Of a stretch of DNA of 45,390 bases, positions 1-6,873 are shown one piece after another (position 1 is the first letter of the stretch; each line of letters starts with the position of its first letter). Made by a program: the position numbers and the translations under genes. The notes below the pieces were generated by a model, which was not told the DNA's origin, ran no database searches, and saw only the letters and a program-made list of their open reading frames with translations. The stretch is from an uncultured Bacilli bacterium. GTDB taxonomy: Bacteria; Bacillota_I; Bacilli_A; RF39; UBA660. The stretch lies in the NCBI GenBank assembly GCA_947632265.1, contig CANROP010000001.1, positions 1 through 45,390 on the forward strand. Direction: 5' to 3'.

Positions 1-91
1 ATTTTCCACCAAGTAAGAAGAACAATAAAGCGATAACAGCAATTAGAACAACAACGCCAACTGCAACTATAACGTTTTTCTTATCATTCAT
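1..91 (-). CDS. N-terminal part of a membrane-anchored protein; the gene runs off the left edge
   Basis: The reverse complement reads ATG (89-91) then MNDKKNVIVAVGVVVLIAVIALLFFLLGGK, a signal-anchor-like hydrophobic stretch. A purine-rich RBS-like AAGGGTG lies upstream. The frame is open to position 1. Confidence 0.4.
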   Translation of the reverse strand, partial: MNDKKNVIVAVGVVVLIAVIALLFFLLGGK

Positions 92-380
92 TTTCTCACA
101 CCCTTCTCTATAATTTATATGTATTTAGTTTGTAAATATTTTGGAAAATTAATAATATGAACAATATTTGAAAAAAACAATACCAAAAATATCAAATAAA
201 GTTTCACACGTTCCTCTAATACATACAACTAGAGTTTACCATATTGCAAAATTAATGTCAATATTTTTCGATAATTTTTGCTGGAAATTTATTACAAAAT
301 GTATAAAACAAAATTTAAATATATTTAAATAATCAAAAATTTTAAAATTTATATTACAGTATTTACTTTTAAGCATCTCA

Positions 381-416
381 AAGGGACTAAAATTAAATAA
401 CTAATTTTAGTCCCTT
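381..416. terminator. 15-bp perfect inverted-repeat hairpin, possibly a bidirectional terminator downstream of the RloB-like gene
   Basis: aagggactaaaatta (381-395) pairs with taattttagtccctt (402-416) around a 6-nt loop. Only a weak T-run (atctttt) follows on the plus strand, and none follows on the minus strand. Confidence 0.4.
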
Positions 417-554
417 ATCTTTTACAAAATAAATTATCAAAAACGTTAATTTATTATTTATTCATTGTATATTATTCCTAGATCGATTAACATTATGGAA
501 ATTAATGAGATTGCATCATATACTTTTTTATTATTAAATTTTTCCTCTTCAATA

Positions 555-1253
555 TCAAATATCTTTTTTATTTATCCTATAAAAATCAGATGGATTATAT
601 CTTTTTATACCATAGTTATTCATGCTTCTATGCATATTACCAATTGCACTAATTAAAGTTTCTTCACTAATATTTGCTAGAGAGTATCTATTTGCTTTAA
701 ATAATTTTTTTGCATCTTCACTAGATGAAAAAACTTTTCTATATAATTGTTTATCAAAATTAGATATTTCGTAACTTTCAACATAAGGATAACTCAATAA
801 TAATATTCCATTCATTTCTTCATCGTTATCCATTGAATTTTTAAAAGTATTTATAGTTTTCAAAACAATTTCCTTATTATTTGAACTTTCATCTCTATCC
901 CATAATATGTAAATAGGCACACTCTTTAAACTCCTTTTAAATTCAGTTTTTAATAAATTATATAATCTATCTTGGTAATTTGAATCTTCCATAATAGAAT
1001 TTATATTTGAATTACTAGTATTAGCAACTATTACTGTAGAATTAGGATTAGTTTTACTTCTAAATTCATCAGACATTATTTTATTCCTTTTTAAAGGAAT
1101 ATAATTATAATCTAATACATTAGTAAAAATATACTTTAATAATCTAAATTCTTCTGATTCACCTTCAACAACCACTACTACCTCACCAATAGTTTTATTT
1201 TTATTAATTCTTAAATTCTTTGTCGTATTTAGGCATTCCATCAAAAACTCCAT
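555..1253 (-). CDS. RloB-like (AbiLii-type, TOPRIM-like) protein
   Basis: The N-terminal motif VVVVVEGESEEFRLLKYIF resembles the RloB signature (vvcEGekTE..YF). An acidic DRDE segment lies mid-protein. The gene overlaps the upstream ATPase gene, so the two are probably translationally coupled. Confidence 0.65.
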   Translation of the reverse strand: MEFLMECLNTTKNLRINKNKTIGEVVVVVEGESEEFRLLKYIFTNVLDYNYIPLKRNKIMSDEFRSKTNPNSTVIVANTSNSNINSIMEDSNYQDRLYNLLKTEFKRSLKSVPIYILWDRDESSNNKEIVLKTINTFKNSMDNDEEMNGILLLSYPYVESYEISNFDKQLYRKVFSSSEDAKKLFKANRYSLANISEETLISAIGNMHRSMNNYGIKRYNPSDFYRINKKDI

Positions 1254-2370
1254 TTAAATACATTTTTTCCATATTCTGTGATTCTCTTGGATTTTCATCA
1301 GAAAATCTTTTTATTAAAGTGCCTTTTTTGGCATCAAACTTAAAAGAATAAACTTGATCAGGTCTTATAATTGATGTATCTATCAAATTCGTTGAATGAG
1401 AGGTAAAAAACATTTGAGAATTATTACTATTATTATAAAAATATCTTACTAAAGCCTCTTCTAGTTCGTTATGAAGTCCACTACTAAATTCATCAACTAT
1501 AATCATGCAATCATTTGTTGTAGAAAATTTAATTGGTAATATAGCATTTATAAAAGCTTGATTACCAGTAGACTCTAATGGTAAAGGCATAGCAATATTT
1601 GTTCCCTTTTTCTTTATACAAATTGTTTCTTTATCAGAATTAATAACCATTGTATTATCTTTATTTGAAACTCCCTTTTCAAATATAATTTCACTATTAT
1701 ACCCTATTCTACTTATAAAATCATTTAGTTCAGTAGCATCATTAATCTCAGCATATTTAGTAATCATCTGTTCAGATACTTTTACTGGATTGTAAGATTT
1801 AATAACACCATGTAAGCAATTTATATATATAGAATTTTTTAAAAAATCAAACCACTTATTAAGAATAACATCATTATTAAATCTAGTATTGTAATACTCT
1901 AATTTTACTAATGATAAAGCATGATTTATTTCATTATTGTCCTTCTCTTCTCCAAAAAAAATTTTAGCACTATTTTTTAATCTTTCAATTTTTAATTCAT
2001 TATTAACATATAATTTTTCTGCATTAATTAAATTAGCTTCAAATTCAACATAGTATCTTATTTCATTTCCATCAATATTGAAAGTATATCCTAAACTATA
2101 TTTTGTACCTTCTGTATATAAAGACTTTCTAAAAATGAAATTTTGTTCTGCATTTTCTAAAAGCATATCCAATAATAAAACAATAGCATTTAGTACTTGA
2201 GTTTTACCAGAAGCATTTTCACCAACAAATAAAGCACCTTTTAAAACTCTATTACTACCAACATTAGTTTCCTCTAGAATTTTATAATTAGTTGCAGTAA
2301 AATCAAATGTTGTTTCATTAATAAATGTTGTATAGTCTTTCAAAGTAATGCTTGTTAACATATTCATCAT
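1204..2370 (-). CDS. AAA_21/ABC-type ATPase (AbiLi-like partner of the RloB protein)
   Basis: Walker A is GENASGKT and Walker B-like is IIVDEFSSGLH, followed by FTSHS. The length and layout fit SMC/RecF-like AAA_21 ATPases. The true start may be the third ATG (about 2361), which sits 9 nt after GGGAG. Confidence 0.75.
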   Translation of the reverse strand: MMNMLTSITLKDYTTFINETTFDFTATNYKILEETNVGSNRVLKGALFVGENASGKTQVLNAIVLLLDMLLENAEQNFIFRKSLYTEGTKYSLGYTFNIDGNEIRYYVEFEANLINAEKLYVNNELKIERLKNSAKIFFGEEKDNNEINHALSLVKLEYYNTRFNNDVILNKWFDFLKNSIYINCLHGVIKSYNPVKVSEQMITKYAEINDATELNDFISRIGYNSEIIFEKGVSNKDNTMVINSDKETICIKKKGTNIAMPLPLESTGNQAFINAILPIKFSTTNDCMIIVDEFSSGLHNELEEALVRYFYNNSNNSQMFFTSHSTNLIDTSIIRPDQVYSFKFDAKKGTLIKRFSDENPRESQNMEKMYLNGVFDGMPKYDKEFKN

Positions 2371-2446
2371 CTCCCAATTATTATTATACTACATTCACGA
2401 AAAAAAATTACATTTTTTTATTATAAACCGTAAAAAAATTACATTT

Positions 2447-2474
2447 ATTATACATTATTAAATTTATATGTCAA
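2447..2474 (-). promoter_or_regulatory. Sigma-A type promoter for the ATPase/RloB operon
   Basis: On the minus strand TTGACA (2469-2474), a 16-nt spacer, then TATAAT (2447-2452), about 75 nt upstream of the ATPase start. The 15-nt direct repeat aaatgtaattttttt occurs twice in the leader. Confidence 0.55.
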
Positions 2475-2524
2475 TAGTTAAATAAAATTTGTATGAAAAT
2501 ACTTTTTTGGCTAATCTTCACATA

Positions 2525-2553
2525 TTGACTAAAGTATTTATATATGGTAATAT
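2525..2553 (+). promoter_or_regulatory. Sigma-A type promoter with extended -10, divergent from the ATPase operon
   Basis: TTGACT (2525-2530), a 17-nt spacer ending in TGG, then TAATAT (2548-2553). Confidence 0.55.
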
Positions 2554-2558
2554 GTAAA

Positions 2559-2640
2559 AGAACTAAGCCATTTACTGGCACTTAGTTGACTCTGACCCTT
2601 GCGGTCATAGCAGACACTAAACATAGGTGTCTGTTTTATT
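2559..2640 (+). ncRNA. Candidate small RNA of about 80 nt, class unknown
   Basis: The upstream promoter bounds the 5' end. A hairpin cagacac/gtgtctg (2611-2633) plus TTTTATT bounds the 3' end. Inside are a 10-bp bulged hairpin (2561-2587) and a tgacc/ggtca hairpin. There is no ORF. Confidence 0.45.
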
Positions 2641-2730
2641 ATTTAATTAAAAAGCAAATTAGGTTTAACAACATCTATAAAATATACTATAGTTTAATTA
2701 GTTCTGTTGCCAAGAGTCAATTGGAGCAAT

Positions 2731-2760
2731 AAGACCGTTATGATTTTTCATAACGGTCTT
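2731..2760. repeat. 13-bp perfect inverted repeat (hairpin with a TTTT loop) without a flanking T-tract
   Basis: aagaccgttatga (2731-2743) pairs with tcataacggtctt (2748-2760). Confidence 0.6.
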
Positions 2761-2850
2761 TACATTCTATAAAATTATTTTATAATTTTCGTCTACTTTT
2801 TAGATATATTTTGTCTATGTCAAAATATTTAATCCACTAATTCTGCTAAA

Positions 2851-2873
2851 ATAAAAATGTAGGTTTTCCTACA
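2851..2873 (-). terminator. Rho-independent terminator candidate
   Basis: The minus strand reads a tgtagg/cctaca stem with a 4-nt loop, followed by TTTTTAT. Confidence 0.4.
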
Positions 2874-2938
2874 AAAATATTTTGACATTATCACTATTAC
2901 CAAAAGAATCTGAAAGTTGTATATTAACTTTTTTACCA

Positions 2939-3058
2939 TCATAATCTTGGTGGTACAATTTCTTTATTATCAATTGCTTTCTTAATATTGTATCTAGTAC
3001 CATATTTTTCTAAAAGTTCTTTGTATGAATAAATCACTATTTTTAACCTCTTTATCAT
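2939..3058 (-). pseudogene. 39-aa ORF, possibly the remnant of a small helix-turn-helix or antitoxin-like gene
   Basis: Translation is MIKRLKIVIYSYKELLEKYGTRYNIKKAIDNKEIVPPRL. An adjacent frame continues as QDYDGKKVNIQLSDSFGNSDNVKIFL up to the terminator at 2851-2873, which suggests a frameshifted ORF of about 60-65 aa. The family is not recognised with confidence. Confidence 0.2.
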
Positions 3059-3132
3059 TTTGACATGATGTAGGGTAAAATTCAAGAAAATACCCGATAA
3101 TATGAAAAAAATATTTTTTTTAAACTTATACT

Positions 3133-3170
3133 AAAAAATTAGGGCTACAAACATAAAAGAATGTAGCCCT
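3133..3170 (-). terminator. Rho-independent terminator
   Basis: Stem agggctaca (3141-3149) pairs with tgtagccct (3162-3170). On the minus strand it is followed by AATTTTTT. Confidence 0.6.
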
Positions 3171-3171
3171 A

Positions 3172-3279
3172 AGGTAATTAAGTAGGACTTCCATCTCCTA
3201 CATATCTACTTTCAGTAAAAATACTTACTCAAACCTTTACAGGTGTGACGGACGAAGATTCTCCGCCTTTTAATTACCC
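3172..3279 (-). promoter_or_regulatory. Multi-stem structured RNA element (riboswitch-like or small ncRNA), class unknown
   Basis: A 9-bp closing helix (3173-3181 with 3270-3278) encloses at least three hairpins. On the minus strand these are ACCU-GUAA-AGGU (a GNRA loop, 3233-3244), AGUAA/UUACU, and GUAGGA/UCCUAC. The terminator at 3133-3170 follows immediately. Confidence 0.35.
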
Positions 3280-3361
3280 TGTAACAGAGAAAGATTAAAA
3301 ATCTTTGTCTGTTACATATATAATCTATCATAAATTAATTACTTTTTCAAATATTAAAGTA

Positions 3362-5905
3362 TTATACTTCAAAATCATCTAAAAAATCATCTATTGTCAT
3401 CATTCTCTTATCTATATTATCTAAAGAAATATTATCTTTTTTTACCTCTTCTATCTCTTCTTTAGGTTTATTAACTATATTATTAGGATTTATAAGTTCA
3501 CATTCTATAAATGCATCAACTATATTTCTCTTAGATAAATTAGAACCTATAGAATATCTATCTAATATTGGTAAATCAGTTATCTTAATAAATTCTAAAT
3601 CTTCTTTTAATTTTAATCCTAATGTATGTTTATTATCTACTACAAAAGATTTTAATATATAGTATGGATTAGTCTTAACATCTCTTACTATTTGTACACC
3701 TTTACGTGCTCTTGATATTCTTTCAAATTCTAATAATTTTACTCTCTTACCAGTATTTTTAGTAGTAATAATAGAAATATATTCTTCACTATCTATTACA
3801 TTTCCACTAGAGACAAAATCATTTTTAAGACTTATTCCTTTTACTCCACTTGCCCTACTTCCCAATATAGGTACTTCATTTATATCATATCTAAGTCCAA
3901 ATCCATTATGAGTTGTTATAAATACATCATTGCCTTTTTTACTTGATATACTTACAACTACATCATCATCTTTTAATTTCATATATGGCATTGGCTTAGT
4001 ATAACGACTAGCTTTTAAATCACTTATTAATGTACGTTTAATCATACCATTCTTTGTAAATACAGTAATATAGTTATCAGTATCAAAATTAACAACAGGT
4101 ATACTATATATTATATTTTCTTCTGGATTAATTTTTATTATATTGCTTATATGTTTACCTAAGTCTTTCCATTTCATATCTGGAATCTCATGTACAGGTA
4201 CAAATAAATAATTACCTATATCTGTAAACATGAGTACTGTATCCATTGTATTTAATTCATATATACCTATTATATAATCTTGATCTTTTAATCCAGTATT
4301 AGTATCTGTTGATGAATAACTTCTCTTTGATACTCTTTTTACATAACCATCTTTAGTTATTACTACTATACAATCTTCTTTAGGTATCATAGCAGATACA
4401 TCTATTTTAATCTCTGTTATTTCATCTTTTATCTCTGTCTTTCTAGGTGTTGCATACTCATCTTTTATATATTTTAACTCTGTCTTCATTACACGTTTTA
4501 ACTTTTCTTCATCAGAAAGTATTCCCTCTAGTATTTGTATTGCTTTTAATAATTTAGCATATTCTTCTTTTAATACATCTACATCTGTATTAGTTAATCT
4601 ATATAGTTGTAAATTAACTATAGCTTCTGCTTGAGCATTTGAAAAATCATAATTTTTTACTAAATTTTCTATAGCATCCGTTTTATTTTTACTAGATCTA
4701 ATAGTCTTTATAACTTCATCTAATATATCTATTGCTTTTATTAAACCTAGTACTATATGCATACGAGCTTTAGCGTGCTCTAAATCAAATTTAGTTCTTC
4801 TAGTTATAACTTCTTTTTGAAATTCGATATAAGCATCTAATATATCAGTTATACCTACTACCATAGGTCTTCTATTTACTATAGCTACCATGTTATATGT
4901 ATAACTTATTTGAAGTTCAGTATTTTTAAATAAATAGTTAAGTATATTATCTACATTTGCATCTTTTTTTAAGTCTATTGCAATTCTAACTTTCTCTTCC
5001 CTATCTGATTCATCTCTTACTTCTTGTATACCATCTATTTTTTTATCGTATATTATATCAGATATTTTTTTAACTAATAAAGCTTTATTAACTTCAAAAG
5101 GTATCTCATGAACTATTATTTGTTTTTTATTTTTATCTTCTACTATTTCATATTTAGATCTTATTACAATTTTACCTCTACCAGTACTTAGAGCATCTTC
5201 TATTTCTTTTTTACCTTCTACAATAGCTCCTGTTGGAAAGTCTGGACCTTTTACTATATCTAGTATTGTTTCTAATCTACAATTTGGACTATCTATTCTC
5301 TTTATTGTAGCATCTATTACTTCTCCTAGATTATGTGGAGGTATTTCAGTTGCATATCCAGCACTTATACCTTTTGATCCATTTACAAGTAAATTTGGAT
5401 ATTTTGCTGGAAGTACTATTGGTTCATATAAAGTATCATCAAAGTTTGGAGCCCATTCTATAGTATCTTTATCTATATCTTTTAAAAGTTCTCCACTTAT
5501 TTTAGATAGACGGGCTTCTGTATAACGCATGGCAGCTGCCCCATCTCCATCCATAGAACCATTATTACCATGCATATCAATATAACATTCGTTTTGTTTC
5601 CACCACTGGCTCATATGAACCATAGCCTCATATATACTTGAATCTCCATGAGGGTGATAGTGACCCATTACATTTCCAACAGCTGTCGCTGATTTTTTAT
5701 GTGCTTTATCTATTGTATTTTTATCTCTAAACATAGCATAAAGTATTCTTCTTTGAACAGGTTTTAATCCATCTCTTACATCCGGTATAGCACGGTTTTG
5801 TATTATATCTTTAGCGTACTGACCGAATCTATCCCCCATTATCTCTTCAAGGGTATAATCATATATTTTCCCTAATACGTTCTCTGTCTCTTCTTGCTTT
5901 TTCAT
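3362..5905 (-). CDS. parC: DNA topoisomerase IV subunit A
   Basis: RAIPDVRDGLKPVQRRILYAM has Q rather than the H seen in GyrA. The active-site region AAMRYTEARL is present, no GyrA-box (QRRGGKG) is seen, and the partner parE lies upstream. The start is set at MKKQEETEN (ATG 5903-5905), 9 nt after GGAGG; the ORF-track start at 5926 is probably too long. Confidence 0.88.
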   Translation of the reverse strand: MKKQEETENVLGKIYDYTLEEIMGDRFGQYAKDIIQNRAIPDVRDGLKPVQRRILYAMFRDKNTIDKAHKKSATAVGNVMGHYHPHGDSSIYEAMVHMSQWWKQNECYIDMHGNNGSMDGDGAAAMRYTEARLSKISGELLKDIDKDTIEWAPNFDDTLYEPIVLPAKYPNLLVNGSKGISAGYATEIPPHNLGEVIDATIKRIDSPNCRLETILDIVKGPDFPTGAIVEGKKEIEDALSTGRGKIVIRSKYEIVEDKNKKQIIVHEIPFEVNKALLVKKISDIIYDKKIDGIQEVRDESDREEKVRIAIDLKKDANVDNILNYLFKNTELQISYTYNMVAIVNRRPMVVGITDILDAYIEFQKEVITRRTKFDLEHAKARMHIVLGLIKAIDILDEVIKTIRSSKNKTDAIENLVKNYDFSNAQAEAIVNLQLYRLTNTDVDVLKEEYAKLLKAIQILEGILSDEEKLKRVMKTELKYIKDEYATPRKTEIKDEITEIKIDVSAMIPKEDCIVVITKDGYVKRVSKRSYSSTDTNTGLKDQDYIIGIYELNTMDTVLMFTDIGNYLFVPVHEIPDMKWKDLGKHISNIIKINPEENIIYSIPVVNFDTDNYITVFTKNGMIKRTLISDLKASRYTKPMPYMKLKDDDVVVSISSKKGNDVFITTHNGFGLRYDINEVPILGSRASGVKGISLKNDFVSSGNVIDSEEYISIITTKNTGKRVKLLEFERISRARKGVQIVRDVKTNPYYILKSFVVDNKHTLGLKLKEDLEFIKITDLPILDRYSIGSNLSKRNIVDAFIECELINPNNIVNKPKEEIEEVKKDNISLDNIDKRMMTIDDFLDDFEV

Positions 5906-5997
5906 AACTACTCGCCTCCATTTCATAACTACCTAAATAGATATGAAAATATTTTTTATAAATAAATCTAAAATTCAAAAATAATTTCATTATCAAA

Positions 5998-6120
5998 ATG
6001 TCGTCAATGTCGCCAATAATGTCGCCAATAATGTCGCCAAAATGTCGTCAATGTCGCCAATAAATGTCGTCAATAATGTCGCCAATAAATGTCGTCAATA
6101 ATGTCGCCAATGTCGCCAAT
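5998..6120. repeat. Array of 11 direct copies of TGTCG(C/T)CAA with A/T spacers of 0-4 nt
   Basis: Read directly: atgtcgtcaa tgtcgccaa taa tgtcgccaa taa tgtcgccaa aa tgtcgtcaa tgtcgccaa taaa tgtcgtcaa taa tgtcgccaa taaa tgtcgtcaa taa tgtcgccaa tgtcgccaa. Unit spacing is 9-13 nt. The array lies between the amidotransferase stop (6136) and the parC start (5905). Confidence 0.9.
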
Positions 6121-6135
6121 AAATCAAAAATTATA

Positions 6136-6864
6136 TTAATTAATTTTAACTTCTTGCATATTTTCAATTTTAAATTTTTTAGCTGCATTAATAAATTCTA
6201 ATATTAATTTATAATTTAATTCATCTAAAGTTAGTTCAGGATGCCACTGAACACCTATTACAAATTTTTTATTAGGCATTTCAACTGCTTCTATATATCC
6301 ATCTATACTAGTCGCACTAACTTTTAAATTTTTTACTTTTTCTATATGATAATTATGTATACTATTAACCATCATTTCTTCTTTATTAAGTATATTATAT
6401 AATTTTGAATTATTATTAATCATAACTTTATGTACTTCTTTAATATCAGGCATAAAATGATTAATTGAAGAATCATTTTTTATAGGAGTATCTTTATGTT
6501 CTAAAGTAGAATTATCACTATTACACATGACCTGCATACCCATACATATTCCAAGTACTGGAATATCTTTTTCAAGTGCGAAATTGTATGCTAGAGAATC
6601 AAATTCAAATTGCCTATTACCTCCTGGCATTAATAATCCATCGCACATGTCTAATTGCTCATACAAAAATTTTTTTGCTTCACTATCCATAGGTCCAATA
6701 TCTTTACCACTTTTTATATAATCTACATTTTGTGGTGGAATTATAAAATATGGATAACAATCATTTTCTATTATTATTTTTCTTACTAAATCACTTATAT
6801 AAAATCTAAGTTTATCATCGACTAAAATAGTTCTTGGCATAACTCCTATAATAGTTTTGTGCAT
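6136..6864 (-). CDS. Class I glutamine amidotransferase / gamma-glutamyl-GABA hydrolase-like (peptidase C26 family) protein
   Basis: The nucleophile elbow is VLGICMGMQ and the His motif is GVQWHPE. Length is about 240 aa. Confidence 0.8.
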   Translation of the reverse strand: MHKTIIGVMPRTILVDDKLRFYISDLVRKIIIENDCYPYFIIPPQNVDYIKSGKDIGPMDSEAKKFLYEQLDMCDGLLMPGGNRQFEFDSLAYNFALEKDIPVLGICMGMQVMCNSDNSTLEHKDTPIKNDSSINHFMPDIKEVHKVMINNNSKLYNILNKEEMMVNSIHNYHIEKVKNLKVSATSIDGYIEAVEMPNKKFVIGVQWHPELTLDELNYKLILEFINAAKKFKIENMQEVKIN

Positions 6865-6873
6865 AATTCACCT

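Noticed and set aside
92-554. A possible plus-strand sRNA running from a weak promoter-like sequence near 285-310 to the 381-416 hairpin.
   Set aside because: The promoter match is poor. The intervening sequence is nearly pure A/T with no structure other than the terminal hairpin.
5998-6120. The repeat array as a CRISPR array, as a coding micro-ORF (MSSMSPIMSPIMSPKCRQCRQ on the plus strand), or as a cluster of Spo0A 0A boxes.
   Set aside because: The units are 9 nt with spacers of 0-4 nt, so there are no CRISPR-size repeats or unique spacers. The 21-aa ORF is just the repeat read in frame, lies opposite to all neighbouring genes and has no RBS. TGTCGCC/TGTCGTC matches the 0A box TGTCGAA at only 5 of 7 positions, so I do not claim Spo0A binding.
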